A stretch of DNA of 64,000 nt. It comes from Epiperipatus broadwayi (taxonomy: Eukaryota; Animalia; Onychophora). The position numbers and the translations under genes are program-made. The DNA lies in NCBI GenBank assembly GCA_028023455.1, contig JAQFVV010000002.1, forward strand, positions 23,808,001 to 23,872,000, read 5' to 3'. Below are positions 37,445-51,840 of the stretch, in pieces. The notes beneath the pieces were generated by a model. That model did not search any database. It was not told the DNA's origin and saw only the letters and a list, made by a program, of their open reading frames with translations. The first letter of the stretch is position 1; each line of letters begins with the position of its first letter.

Positions 37445-38457
37445 CAACTTTATATATACTATTTATATAATTTCCCATTTATTTTTAATTGATCAGTTAT
37501 TGACTAAATTTACTGAAGTTTTATAAATATTCATAAAATTATTTAAGTTAATATAATGTTTTATATATTTGTCTTCTTTTTGGATCTTTAATGTAAATTA
37601 AAGGTTTAATATTTCTTATAGTATCTATTTTACGTTCATATGTTAAACTGTGAATGTATAAAGTAGATTTATCATCTCACTAAGTAATTGTATTGTTCTT
37701 TGGATTTTACCTCTAGCTCTTTCCCTGTATAACCATAGTGAGATGGTTATGTGTCTCATGGCACACAATAATGTAGTGTATGTGCATGCATATATATATA
37801 TATAAAATAGAAAGGAAAAGCAGAAACAAACACATATTTTTTTGTGGATATTTATTATATTACACTGGAATAACAGTTAAAAGTTAAATAATAATTTTGA
37901 ATTAAAAAATATATAAATTAAACGTTTAAAAAGATCTAGTTATTATTTTATTAGTTCTGATTTTGAAATCTAAAACAAACTTGTTTTCATGTTATGATAG
38001 ATAGTATCAGTAATTATAAAATTCCTCTATTTTATAATTAGATTAAGATTTTTTTTAAATAGTAAAGCTTGTGATAAAATCCTATAATCTAATGTTTTTT
38101 TAAAGGATTAGAAATACTTGTAGATAAAAAAATTGGTTTTAATTAAGGTGAATTAAAAAATAATTAACTTTTTTTTTTTTAATCATGATTAAAAAAAAAC
38201 CTTAATTTGGTATTTTCAAATTCCATGATATACTGTAAAAAGATGGATTAATACATAAAGTGAAAATGTTGGGATATGACATGACTTTCATTTCTACCTG
38301 TGAATTGAAAAGATTTGTGGTTGAAAATGGTTATACAAATAATTGAAAATATTTCTGTGTTTTATAATGGTGGACTAGTAATATTTATTATAATCCTTAA
38401 TATTTTATTATATGCAACTCTAATAATGCTCAAGACTAAATGGGTTTGTAAGTAATT

Positions 38458-38656
38458 ATTAAAAACCAGTCCAACATTTAGACAATCCCATTATCAATAC
38501 AATCAACAATTTCAAACTGTTCTCAAGGCAACCTCCTTTTAGCAATAAAGATGGGTTTCCACCTTTATTGTTAAAAGATTTGAAATTGTATTTGACAGTT
38601 TGAAATTGTTGATTGTATTGATAATGGGATTGTCTAAGTGTTGACTAGTTTTTAAT
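38458..38656. mobile_element. Family D near-complete hairpin element
   Basis: About 62-bp outer arms plus inner TTTTAGCAATAAAG / CTTTATTGTTAAAA stem. No TSD recognised. Confidence 0.85.
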
Positions 38657-38998
38657 GGTTTATTATATATATATATAAATTATAATGATAGCATTATATG
38701 AGCCAATAATTAAAAGAAATATGGAACAGTAAAATATTGAACCAAGAAAGAAGGAGCATGAAAATTGAAATAATAAAAGCCATACATTAAGTAAATAAAT
38801 AAAGCAAAATATTAGGTATATGGATATTAAAAGTAATCACCCACTTGATACAATAATATGTCATGAAATGTGTTTTTATAAAATGAAAACTGTAATATTA
38901 ACATTATTTAAACAAATGTATATGCGTATATGAAGAATTATTTCTATAACTTAATACATAAAGAAATGTCTTAACACTGAACTAGTTTTTTTTTTCAG

Positions 38999-39063
38999 AA
39001 ATTCTGAATCATTTGAACAAATTCAAGGATTTAAACCAAATTTTTTGCTATACTTAACACTTA
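38999..39063 (+). CDS. Weak candidate host micro-exon (NSESFEQIQGFKPNFLLYLTL)
   Basis: Strong T11-CAG acceptor, weak GTAAAT donor. Phase matches the end of 32738-32775. Confidence 0.2.
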
Positions 39064-39342
39064 GTAAATATGATGAAAACATTACAAAGCAATACTGATT
39101 AAAATTAATATTTATTGTGAAGCAAAACAGAGAAATCATATTGGAATTTTCATGGGGAGATAAATTGATCAGTTTAAAATACTACTCTTTATAAAATTCC
39201 TATTTCAAATACAATTTTATGCAAATAAATATTAAAATTCATGTATAGACTAAAAAATTAGATATTATAAAATCAATCTTTCTTTGTAATATATATTATT
39301 TTCATAATTAATTTATCAATTTAAATTTTGAAATATAATTTT

Positions 39343-39485
39343 TTTCTACAGTACAGGCTTTTTCATACCTGCACTTCTATATATAATATATAGGGGTTTG
39401 AAATCAGATTTTCACATGACCCTCAACCATCCATGCTATCTCATACCACTGATACACTTGATCACACATATGTTGAAAGGATAAA
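39343..39485 (-). mobile_element. Family C 3' fragment (no hammerhead)
   Basis: Reverse complement of 30560-30703, including GGTCATGTGA (39412-39421). Confidence 0.85.
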
Positions 39486-40514
39486 TTCAAATGTTGCTCA
39501 AAATCAAGAATAAATGTATTTATAATTGTTTTCTTTCGTACTCAATTTATTAAAGGAGTCATTGAACCAAAGACTGATGAAAAAAACAAATATGCGATCT
39601 GATCAACACATTTTTCAAGCATGTTTTCAATTTCAAATAAACAGAAATAATCATAAAGAACAGTAAATATAAAAAAAGATAAAAAAGAGAACATTAGTCA
39701 GCTTCAGTTAGGTGCAGTTCCTGACAGTTTTAATTACATTTAGTGCAGGACTGTTGCAGTTAGAATTGAGTCAGTTGAAGATGAAATTCACCAGGGCTTG
39801 AAAGCATCAAATATATAAGCAGAAATCTCTGGAAAAAAGGGATTAATATTAAGTTTAGTGATAAAATAAAAGTTATCATTATCATTTTCAGTGACAGCTA
39901 TGAACAAATTTAGTCATCTTTATACTTCTGATAAGATGAATTACTAATCAAAAACCTTAGTTAAGTAGTTGTTGCTATATGAATATTAATTACTAGTGTA
40001 ATAATAGATATACATAATATTAAATGATCTTATAACATGCCTACTCTCTTTCTTATATATATATAAAAGTGTTTCTGAATCAATAATTTGCCTATCAAAA
40101 AAAGATTTGAGGAAACTAAAAGTCGCTAATAACATTATTACAAAAATGATGTCATAAAGAAATTTAAATCTATAAGCAATAAATTCAGCAAAGCTTTGCT
40201 GAAAAAAAAAATTAAAAGAAAATATTCAAACTAGAAAAGTGACCATGCAAAGAAAATAGTTATTTTGAATATTGTCAAAAATGTGTTTCTTAAACTTAGA
40301 CAATGCATGATAAAGATAAAATAAAAAAAATGAGAAAATACTAGAGATAATACCACAAAGGTTCTACTGAGAATAATTAAGAGCTTAATTTAAATTATTC
40401 ATCATGATTTTTTTTGTATATAATATTTTTTATGAAATACTAAGTAATGTAAATTTTTATTTTAAAAAGATATCTCATAAACTATTGATAATATAATTAA
40501 CAAATGATTTCATG

Positions 40515-40515
<1 letters not shown>

Positions 40516-40562
<47 letters not shown>
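40516..40562. repeat. (TA)n(TG)n compound microsatellite
   Basis: Direct reading. Confidence 0.95.
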
Positions 40563-41393
40563 AGAGGTTAGAGGGGAATTAAATAAGGCATTAAATCTAG
40601 CTAGAGATACAAAAAAATAAACAGACCCACAAATATGAGAATGATTTAATATTTCTCTAAGGTATTGCTATATGATTTTATGTTGTTTCAAATTTCTTTG
40701 TCATTTCCGTAATTATAAGACAGTCTACAAGAATATTCTTCTTATTCATATCATTTATCTATAATTTCAGTTTTGATAAAAAAAATAATCTCTTATCATC
40801 ATTACAATTTTATATAACAATTTCAGGTGCATAAGCAACATTAGGGCACAAATTTCTTTTTTCCCTTTCCATTATTTCTCTGATAAATGATTCTTTTTTC
40901 ATCTCATGCAAGCAACTCATTTTAGAATATGACTATTTTCTTTTCACTACTAAACTTTTTTTTTTTTTTAGATTTTGTAGAATTGCTAGCTTTACATTAA
41001 AAATACATTTTATTAAATGAAATACTAGTATTATATCGAATTTTTGAAAAGAAAAAAGTGACCTCCACCTACTTCAATTTATTTAAATCACAAAAAAAAT
41101 CGTGATTAAATGAGTTCATATCTGAGATTTGAGAATGAGATTACTGAAAAGATACATATATATATATATAAAACTGTTGCTAGACCATAAATCGTACAGA
41201 CTCATACAATGTATGAATTTTAATGATTATTTTTTAATTATTTACATTTGTGGAATAGTATATAATAGAAATGATATATTGATACAATGGATGTCATAGC
41301 TTCACTGTATTGTATTGCACTGTTTTCCTTTTAAAAAAAGATATATCCTTACGAAAAGATATTAAACATTATTATCAATTAATTTTATTAATT

Positions 41394-41442
41394 GTTTATT
41401 TATTTTGATTACACCTGAGAATAACACCTAATAAGCAAAACC

Positions 41443-41494
<52 letters not shown>

Positions 41495-42769
41495 GTTTAT
41501 TTATTTTGATTACACCCGAGAATGACACCTAATAAGCAAAACCAATAATTCAATTCAATTCAATATCCATAAATGTTATTATGTGCATTTCAACATTTAC
41601 ACTTTAACAGAAATACACAATAAAAAAAATAAAATATAATAACAATGATAATAATTAAAAATTAAAAAAAAACAATTATAAGCAAATACAAGATACATAC
41701 ATAAAATTATATATACATATATGTTCATAATTATACATTTAGTTGTTTTTTAACATTCATCACAAATTGATCGCAAAAAATATCAATATTATTAAAAGTT
41801 AGATTATATACCATTTGCAATCTATTAATAACTGATTTACCAAAGAAAGTACTTTTACATGTACTAATCTTAAAAGTTTGCATTTCTCTTAATAAACGAC
41901 AAGGTACTTTCAATTCTATTTTTGATATATAGTTACTGACATCAATTTTCCCATCAATCAACTTTTTCAGTAATATCATATCCTTCAACATTCTCCTTTC
42001 TTTCAATACTGTTTTAACAATTTGACATTCACCCATTATTAATTTATTAAATCTTTTTTCAATATTATATATTTTAGACTGAATATTAATCAGATTGAAG
42101 TTCCATATACAAGAATTATATTCTAAAACTGTAACAACAAGAGAAAAAAATAACCTATATTTTATGGAAATAGATAAATCTCTCCCATATCTCAAAATAC
42201 AGCCCATCTTTCTGTATGCTTTATTAATAATACATTTAATATGCGCATTAAAAGTAAAATTGCTACAAAATATAATTCCTAAATCAGATAGTCTCTTTAT
42301 ATTTAATAACACCATTCTCAATTTTATATTGATAAACAGATTTTTCAGTTTTATTAGTATAGAAAACAATGCATGTTTTATTAATGTTAATCTCCATATT
42401 GTTATACCTACACCATATAATAAAACTATCTATATCCTTTTGAACCTCAATATGATCACTATAAGTAATAATTCTTTTAAATAACGTACAATCATCAGCA
42501 TAAGTAAGTATCATACTATTTTTTATGCTATGATCAAGATAACACATATAAATATTAAAAAGCAATGGTGCTAATATTCCACCCTGAGGAACACCTATCA
42601 TATTATCAAAAAAAAAAAAGAGAATTAGTTTTATCCATATGTACATAAGATTTACGACCCCTCAAATAATTGGAAAACCACTCAACTAAATGAGGATAAC
42701 ACCCAACATTTTAAGTTTATACAAAAGTCTAATATATGAAACTTTGTCAAATGCCTGAGTCATATCAAA

Positions 42770-42774
<5 letters not shown>
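41394..42774 (-). mobile_element. 5'-truncated CR1/Jockey-group LINE (RT C-terminal half and 3' UTR)
   Basis: YFDMTQAFDKV; GVPQGGILAPLLFNIY; LTYADDCTL; DLGIIF..F..HI...YRKMG; LEYNSCIW (ORFs 42284-42646 and 41731-42369, joined by frameshifts). Duplicated 53-bp 3' end. Confidence 0.93.
41443..41493. repeat. (AAT)17 microsatellite between duplicated LINE 3' ends
   Basis: Direct reading. Confidence 0.95.
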
Positions 42775-42808
<34 letters not shown>

Positions 42809-42820
42809 TGATGATGATGA
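42772..42820. repeat. (AAT)n(GAT)n microsatellite at the LINE 5' junction
   Basis: Direct reading. Confidence 0.95.
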
Positions 42821-43749
42821 ATTTATTATTTCAGAGTTCATAAAAAGTTTGAGATTAGGAGTGACAGAAATAAATGTGATCCACAGATCTTAAGATCCTG
42901 AGTCTGCTACCTTGAAACATTAAAAATCATAAATGTTAAAATGTAGCTTCATACAGTTAAACAAACCTAAAACTGACTCATAGTTAATAGATGGGATAAC
43001 AGATTGAATGTGAGTAAAACCTTTATTTTCACCAAATTTTTCAGCATCTAGACATAAAAATACTACAAGATACCATAAAAAAACAATGCTTGCAATAATA
43101 ATGGAAAAATTATTAGTGTTATCAACTTTCCTGATTCCCAAGTCATAGTAAAAAAGAAATAATAAAAAAACTCCAGCCATGATGAAAAAAAGTCACTCAA
43201 ATATTTGAAAAAAAAAAAAAGATAAATGATAAACTTAAACAAAAAAAGAGAGAGAGAAAGAAAGAATGGCAACAGAAAAAAAAAAGAGAATAGTCAGTAT
43301 AAAGTAGAATTTATAAAAAAAGAAGTAGATCTGAGTCAAATAATAAATGGAAAGATGAGCTGTTCTTAGAACAAAATCTTGGGTCATGACTATTACAGAG
43401 CCCACTGAAGAGTAATGTTAAGTATTATGAACATTAGATGGAGTATGAAAAACAAAAGTCACTTAGGATCAAATTTTAAAAAAATAAATTAAAATGAATG
43501 TATCATATGATATATTAAGACATATAAAGTATTCATAGATATAGTAATAGAAGGCAAAAAGGAGAATTTCATTGCAATAGTACTTAATGCCAGATCCTAA
43601 ATATAAAAATACAATAATTAATAAATGAGTACAAAAAATTAATAAATTTAATGAAGAATTTTGAGATGCCAAATAATCCTGGATGACTTCATTCTAATAT
43701 TTTGTTTTTGAAGGTCAAATTAATTTATATATGTAATTAAAGTGAAAGG

Positions 43750-44050
43750 TAGAAAATCCTCGCATGTGCTTTTAGAATGTTTATATGACAGCCAATCAGA
43801 TGTAATGATTGCTGTATAGGGAGCTCTTAAGTCTCAACACAAGACAGAGATTTTATAAGAAAAAGTGGTTCTACCCTTCTCTTTACTTAAATTTCTATAT
43901 ATGTATACAAACCATTCTGAAGCATTTTGACTTAAGAGCGTGAAGCTTTAAACATCTTCATATTTAATTCACTGTGTATTATTTGTAAATCAACAACGCG
44001 AAATCTTTCGATTTACTACGAAGTAATTTTTCAGATCTTATAAAATGACA
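43750..44050 (+). mobile_element. Family F old copy
   Basis: Shares GAAATCTTTCGATTTAC (44000 vs 55401) and CTTCT..TTACTTAA..TTCTATATA with 55174-55489. Shares TGACAGCCAATCA..AACACAAGACA with 61670-61777. Confidence 0.6.
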
Positions 44051-45699
44051 GTAACGTATATTTTTATTGCATATTCTGATATCTTTCAATGATATGGAAT
44101 GCTTTTGAACATGACCTATTAATATCATTCCAATCCACATATGTAATTATCATTAAATTTTATTTTATTCGTATAAATCATTTGAGTAAATAATATATAT
44201 TAATTCATTTCACTGTAAATATATAACAGTATTCATTTCGTAAAGTATTAATTCATATTACAAATGATTCCATGTGTGGTTGTATATAAGAATACAAACA
44301 TTTATATGCATATAAATGTATGTGAGAATGCATATACTTATATATATCTGAATGTATGTACATGTTTACGAATATATAAATGGGAGAAAAAAGATAATTA
44401 TTTTAAAACAATTATTTTAAAACTATATTTTGCCATTTGTATAACTTAAGGGTTAAAAGTAAATACTTGCTCCATTTTCAAATTTTCAAGGCCGAAACGA
44501 TTTGGCAATATTATGTAATTGCGTTTAAAAATATTGTAGTTAAAGATTCTATTTTTTAACTTTGCAAAACCAGAGAAACTTGACATCATCAAGTAACATA
44601 TGGAATGTAATTTCCTGTTTAACAAATTTTGATTTCTAAAAGATTCATCAGATGGTCTGGTTTGGGGGGGGGGGAGATACCATAAATAATTTAAAGTTAT
44701 AAGACAACGGAAAAAAAAAGTAATTTATTTAAAATAAAAACTAACTTAATTTTGCTACGTATATATAATATTTTTGAAAAACATGTAAATGTATTTTTCC
44801 CCAGCTAATATCAGCATGGGTTCGAAAGACTCGCATCGTTATAAATGAAGATAATAATCAAATTTTCGAAATCAAATGTTAGAGATAACTATTATTTTAT
44901 TCGGTATGAGAGGGAGATTAAATGATCAAGTAATCATATCATGCTAATTACAAAACACATTTATTCTAGCAAATAAAATATTTACTATCTCATATATATA
45001 TATATTTCTCAAAGCTTTCATAAATATTTAATGACATTTATTCTAGATAAAAAAATGGGAGAGAGAATTTCAAGCTAGCTATTTCTTCTTGAAGTCTGTA
45101 ATAACACTAACATTAATGACAGCAATAAGTCTTTCTGTTTTTAAGATGTCCTTAGGAAGGGGGAGGGGAGGCAAACAAATAAATTGAGCAGTTGAAAAAA
45201 TGTATTAAAAATGATGAATTAAAAAAAAGAAGAAAAGAAATGAATTGTACATCTTTTTAGAAGTAAAGAATTATAAAGAGCATAATAAAAAACAAAACAA
45301 AACAAAACACGACGAGTAAAAAAAAAAAAAAACGGAAAAAGATTCAAGTTCTTTGAGAATCACATGTAAGTAATTAGTTATAACTATTTTCAGGAAAAAA
45401 AAAATCAAGAACAGTATTTTAAAAAAAAAAAAAAAGCTTAAAAAAATCTACACTGATAATAGATAAAACTAAATGTTAACCAATAATGATATGAAATGTT
45501 AGTTGTTCTAAGCAATTTATCAATAAATATTAAAAAGAATCTAAAAGACAATCCCCCCCCCAAAAAAAAAAAACAATATAGAATTTTAATTATTTTATTA
45601 TATATATAAAGAAAAAACTTTAGTTAAAAATATAAATTAGTATTTTCTCAATAAATGTTATCCAACATTTTTGGGGTATTGCACATTCAATTTGTACGA

Positions 45700-46400
45700 A
45701 ATACCAACAATATTTATGCGCTATTAATCAAACTAATGCCAATAAAAGATACACATGTATGTACTGAAGTTGGTAAAATATATGAGTTTATATACTAATC
45801 ACTCATAAATGAGTACTGTATAATCATTATAATGAATACCTTCCCAATAAAAACAATATTTCATCTCTTTTGTACAACTTTGAAGTAATCTTATAAGATC
45901 CTTCCACAAAAATAATGTTCAAGTTTACCATAAAATGTTTTTATTAAAAAAATATGTTAATGTTAATTCACTTCACATACCCAATCCAATAAAAGGTGCC
46001 TTTAATATAATAGAATCAATAACATCTTATTCAATAAGTTGAAGAATATATTACTTGGTCTATAACCATACCATAATTTTTAGTCTTATGGAACACATAA
46101 GTTTTCTAATACCATTATGAAAAAAAAGTTCAGTGCTATCTCTAAATAAATTTAGCAGAATAGCTGCCCTATACACAACTAATTAAGTAGAAAGTAAATA
46201 AAGGAAATAAATTACCTTCCACCTAGACTATGAATTAAAACTATTCTACATGTTGAACAAAAAATCAAATATAGAATGAATCCATCCATTCCTGGAGTTC
46301 TGATGTTTAAAAGCATATCTTTAACAACAATGTTGATAATTCAAAGTGAAATTAATTTATCAGCCAAATGGAATATACAAATTAAAAGTTATTAACTTTC
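45700..46400 (-). mobile_element. Decayed L1/Tx1-like RT remnant
   Basis: RTPGMDGF (about SPGPDGF) at about 46280-46305 and YRAAILLN (about YRPISLLN) at about 46150-46175. Confidence 0.4.
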
Positions 46401-49400
46401 TGGCATTCCTTTCATATTTCACCATTTTCTTTGTTCTCACATTCAACATAGAATTTAAGATTAAACCATTATTATTTATCAGAAAATAATAAATTTGACT
46501 CCATTTTATAAATATTTTTGTTTACTACTGAAATAAATTTTAAATGTTCACATTTTCTTTCTATAAATATTAAAAAAATGAGATCATAATCAAAACAAAA
46601 AGATTATACATCATCATTACTAGAAAGATTATTTTCATTTTACAAAATCAATGAAATCTTCATTATTTATCTTTTTTTTTTTTAAAAAAATCTGAATGAA
46701 TATTTATTTATTTCTCTTATATTTAATGAAATATACTTTAAAAGTTTAATTTTTTTCAATATTTCTTGCAAAATTACAATATTTTCATACTCATTATTAT
46801 AATTAGATTGTTTATGTAGAAAGCTAAGCTTCTAAATAACTTTAGGTCATATTTGCATTATCCACTAATATAACATTCTATTTTTAAAAATAAAGTATTT
46901 CCATTAAAAATAAATTATTATTAATTTATATTTTTGATTTCTAATAAATGTTGTATAAATTATTTAAAAAATATCTAGAATTGTAATAACTTCACAAGAA
47001 TGTTGTAAAAATGATGTCAAAAACCTGTCAGAATACCATACAGGGACTTGTTAGGGTGGAGCTAAATTCTATCGTTTTGAGAAATTTCTTGATTTTCTTG
47101 TCATCTAAGGAATTTTTCCGAACTAAAGTTTTATATTATAATGTATATAGGAAAATATGGATATTACAGCATAATGCTCACAGAAATCCTCATTAAAAAG
47201 GAAATTAATGAAAAAATGAAGCAATGTGCATGCAAACATTGTATGGTTAAATTCATAATCAATTATACAAAGCTGGAGATAGAATCTCAATTTTAACACC
47301 TTGATTGTAATAATTAAATAAGATTTAATATGTAAACTTTAAATTAATATATAAACTTTAAATTAATCATAGCTCAATAAATAGGTAAACAAAGTAATAA
47401 TTATATTACTAAGATAAAGTGCTCTGTCTTTTAATCTCTAAGTACAACAGCAACACACTGGAATTGTATTTCATGTCAACATCTAAAAAAACATATCCAC
47501 AAATTGACGTCTTTCAGCACACTGCTGAGCAAAGGTCTTTTCAGAATTCTTTTATAAAGAAACACTGAAAGATAAGATATTACCAGATCAAGAAAATGCC
47601 AATCAGTGAAAGTTTTATGGTTCTCTTTTATTAATTTATTTTCTAACTTTGAACAGCAAGATAATCGTTTACTGACTAATTATTGAATGATTAGATAGGT
47701 TAAGTATGGTGTGGCTACTTAAAATAAAATTGTAAGCTGGGTTGGGAGCACTCAGACACCCAAAACATTTTCAACTTTCAAGAGATTTAAATACCAGCCA
47801 TAAAAATAATGAATGGAAATGTTAACACTGTATAATGGACTTTCTGTCAAATGTAGTATAATTTAATTAATTAAATGTGAGTTATTCAAAATACTGTTTA
47901 ATCCAAGTCTAAAATTTTAAATTTATTATCAACATAGATATTTCACAAGTTGATTTTTTTTGCATCAAAATATTTTTTGGTCTATTAATGTACATATACA
48001 TTGTAAATATTCAGATTAACTGTAGGTCAAAGTATTAAAAAATAAAATAAAGTTTGTTGATCTTGTTTGGTTTTCTTTTCACTTGATCCATGGATAAAGG
48101 AGATCTTGAAATACAAAGTTAATTTGATAACCATGGCAACTTAATGCTTTAAAATAATATTGTTAGTGCCTAATATGACCAATTCCTGAGTTAGATAATT
48201 GTGCACAGATTATTACAGTCACTATTTATTAATGCATATTTTTGATTAGTAATAAAGAATATAAATCTTATGGGCATTTCTTTATGACAAATATTGATTA
48301 AACAAATGTAGAGCAGTAGTGAAATCAAAATCCATTATTATTGTGACAAAGTAACCACCCATGCTAGCCGATGATAATCAGCTACAAGTGGCAATTATTA
48401 CAAAATGCCAAATCAATTTTAGGGCTTTTATAAAATGACATTTCATATTTAGTCTGAATCTAGATTGTTATGGATGATGTTTCAATTCTTAGGCATAGTA
48501 AAACTTCTTTTTATATTGTTATCCCATATTATTGTCTATAGTTCATTACAAAATGGTGACCCTGATTGAGCTAGATTTTATTCAGATTATATTGATTATT
48601 GCCCTGGCATTGGCAGGTTTAGCACATTACAATATATATGTTATCTGACAGAATAAAGCATATAATAGTGTACAAATTAATTTTGAGCATTCTGCACTTT
48701 GATCAAATTAATTTAAATTAACAAAAAAGTTTTTTTAAAAGTGGTTTTAATAAGATTAGATACAATATTATAATTAATTTTTTAAAATTATGTTTGTTTT
48801 TTAAGCATTTATCAAAAACTAAATGAAATTATAACTATTTTATTTAATTAATTTTAATTTGCTTCAATAAGATTTCATTTGTTAATTTCATTTAATATTT
48901 TCAATTTTTGTTTTAATACAATAAACTGCATTTAACATTTCAAATTTGCCTTTAATCATGTCAATTTTGTTTTTATTATAGTAAATTCTAGTTTAAAATA
49001 CTTTTTTCTCTTTCTTGGTAGGTCTATTTTATTACTTTTAAAAAATATTAGTGAATTTTTTTTAAAAAAAAAGTCTAACAGAAAAAGAGATATTACATTC
49101 CTCCAAATATGTTGTTAAAATATTTGAAAAATAAGTAAAAAATAAAAATTAATGGTATAAAATTGTTTACCTGAATGTTCAAAAAAAATCTAAAAATTTA
49201 ACTTGTGGACCATACTATATAATGAAATTAAAACAAAAATGAAAACAACAATTTTGTCAAAAATATCATTAAAAATTTTATTTGAACTGAAAACGAATGT
49301 TTAGTAATGGTTTTTAGAATTTCTTTAAACAATAAAGAACCTTAAACATTAATAAGATAGCCATGTCAAATGCATTCCTTAAAAAAATGTTTTATTTTAA

Positions 49401-49854
49401 AGGCCATCTGTCTCATTGAATAAATAATGACAGATCAGAAATAGTTTAAAGTGTGAAAAGTCAATCCAATAAAAGCTAACCCAATAAAATGTCTAAATAT
49501 TAACCAGATGTTTCATTTGGTAAAAAAATAAAAGTTTATTATCATATACTCATGGGTGAGTATATATTAAAATTAATTAATGTACAAAAAAAACTCATGG
49601 GAAATGTAAAAATTAAAATATTAATTTTAAATAAAAAAATAGACAAAATTATTAAATATTATATTTTTAAATTTTGTTTAGTATGAATTGTTTAAATTTT
49701 AAATAAAAGAAGTTTTCAAATTAGTAAAAATCCTGAGCAAAGTTGCGTTAAAAATTTTGGATAAATTTTTAGTTGGATATATTGCTAAAAGACTAGAATT
49801 TCTCAGGTTATGATATTATTAGCCTTCTATATAGATATAAAAGTTGGATACTGA

Positions 49855-49946
49855 TCAAGCGTTGATGGCCGAGTGGTCAGCACAGCTGCCTTACAATCAG
49901 TTGTTCCGGGTTTGATTCCCGGCCGATACTTTGACACATGGAGAAA
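49855..49946 (+). mobile_element. tRNA-derived SINE or retrocopy (72-nt tRNA-like body, TAC at positions 34-36)
   Basis: A box TGGCCGAGTGG, B box GGTTTGATTCC. Perfect 16-bp TSD AAAAGTTGGATACTGA at 49839 and 49947. Same family as 28920-29031. Confidence 0.9.
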
Positions 49947-50777
49947 AAAAGTTGGATACTGAATAAGAACAGAAAAAGCATTAACACTTTCAAATTATGA
50001 TGCTGGTAAAAACTTTTGATAAGTATTAGCTACAGTCAACAAGGGAAATGAATAAGAGATGTTTATCTCAGACTGCAATTGTCTAAATTTGATCACATTA
50101 TGAAACAATAAATTTAATACTAAAGTATATAATGCTCAAAAAGATTCATGGAAATAAACAGAATAATTAGCCATGATGTACTCTTCTAACACAATAATGT
50201 CACTGAAGAGATTGAAAACCCTTCAGATAATAGGTTATTTTGGAAAAAATACCCAAATGGTTATTTAAATGATAGCAAATGATAATGATTAGAAATCACT
50301 AATAATAAAACAATAACAATGAACAGATATTAGCTCCAAGTGCTATTCCTACAGAATTAACAAATGCAAAAAAAAAAAAGGAATAGATTGAATGTATTAC
50401 AACAAGTAGATAATAGGCAAGACCAGATATGAAAAAATGAAAACATTGTAACCAGAAATGAAAAAATGAAATCAAAAATTTTGCAATATTATCATGAAAA
50501 AAAAAAAAAACACAACAACTATACATATATGGGACTTGTGAATAAATTTTCTAAATTAAAACAGACTTTTAAATAATAAGAAAATAATTGACCGTGGTTA
50601 ACTTGCTGATATATATATTTTATTAGAACGAATCAGGGTATTGTTTTATTAACAGATATAATATAATACTTCTTACTGTTCCTCTATGGTCATTTGAACT
50701 GAAATCGGCTATTTTATACAGCCTGTTTATACTAACATATATAAAAATATAATTATTCAAAGGTTATACTTTTACAG

Positions 50778-50808
50778 ATATGTGCGAAACTTTATGCATT
50801 ATATAAAA
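50778..50808 (+). CDS. Candidate host micro-exon (YVRNFMHYIK)
   Basis: TTTTACAG acceptor, AAA|GTAAGG donor. Ends in phase 0, compatible with 51774. Confidence 0.35.
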
Positions 50809-50814
50809 GTAAGG

Positions 50815-51100
50815 GCATTGGATGAGAGAGTCTCAGCTTTGGAAGTATCCTGAGGCCTGGTTCCTAGTCCTTAGCAGGGGGCCAGGCTGGACATAGGTGC
50901 TGCGGGGATTAGTACAGGTTTTCATTTTCTGGTCTTCTGGATGGTAGAGATGATGTGATTCTTAATAGTTGTGATCTATCTAGTTGCCATTAAGGTCAGG
51001 GGTTACCTAGTAGACTATGAGAGAAGCTAGGAATTGCAAGATGTAAGCATATAGCATTTAAGGTTTTTCTGTTCACTTAGTAAATCGGGTTCTGCATTTA
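50815..51100 (+). mobile_element. GC-richer island, possible decayed tRNA-SINE
   Basis: B-box-like GGTTCCTAGTCC at about 50859-50870. Composition contrasts with the flanks. No TSD found. Confidence 0.3.
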
Positions 51101-51773
51101 TAGTTTGAATCTTGTATATTACTAGATATAACATGTAAATTCAAAGATTAATATTATGTTAATAAATCTTACTTTGAAAGTAAATGTATACTAAAAACAT
51201 TAAAAGTGCAAAACAAATTTTCATTAAAAAATCAAAATGATAATTGCAAGTTTTATTATTGTGAATTAAAAAAATTCAAATTTGATATAAATTATTAACG
51301 CAATACCTTTAAAAGTCACAAACACTGCAATAAATTCTGTCAGAACAAAAACATGTATCACTCTTTCTTTAAAAACAAAATCAATTCTTTATATTTTTAA
51401 TAACTGTTGTGAATGCCTAAAGGATATTATTTATTTACTTTCAGTAAGATATTTAGACTTGCAGAGATATAAATATTTTATGAATTGTCAATTAACATTA
51501 TTTCAAAATAAAAAATTACTTAAATCTTCACTAATAACTATATACAACTGTAAACAAAAAAATTTCGTAATAATTTTAAATGCGGTAAAAATAAAAAGAC
51601 CATTTATAGAACTAATACCATTTTGGGAAATGTAATTATAGTATAGATAAATTTATACTCCTATAAACATTATTCTTAACAATTACAAATATTCATATTC
51701 TTGTTTAAATGTAATGAAATATTTAATTAAGATTTTGATATGTTATTACTATTATCTTTTCTTGATCACTTAG

Positions 51774-51840
51774 TGCAAGCGTCCATCAAACCAGATAAAG
51801 ATAATACAGTTCTTGGAAAAAACGACAATAATATATAAAG
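51774..51840 (+). CDS. Candidate host exon (CKRPSNQIKIIQFLEKTTIIYK)
   Basis: Pyrimidine-rich ...CACTTAG acceptor, AAG|GTAAAA donor. Single open frame, phase 0 to 1. Confidence 0.4.

Noticed and set aside
42095-42484. 129-aa plus-strand ORF
   Set aside because: Antisense shadow of the LINE RT.
47450-48700. Possible RTE 3' end and RT traces
   Set aside because: Too degenerate to support beyond a CACTGCTGAGCA..GG motif.
49859-49930. Functional tRNA-Val(TAC) gene
   Set aside because: Stem mismatches, altered T-loop, A tail and 16-bp TSD indicate a retrocopy or SINE.
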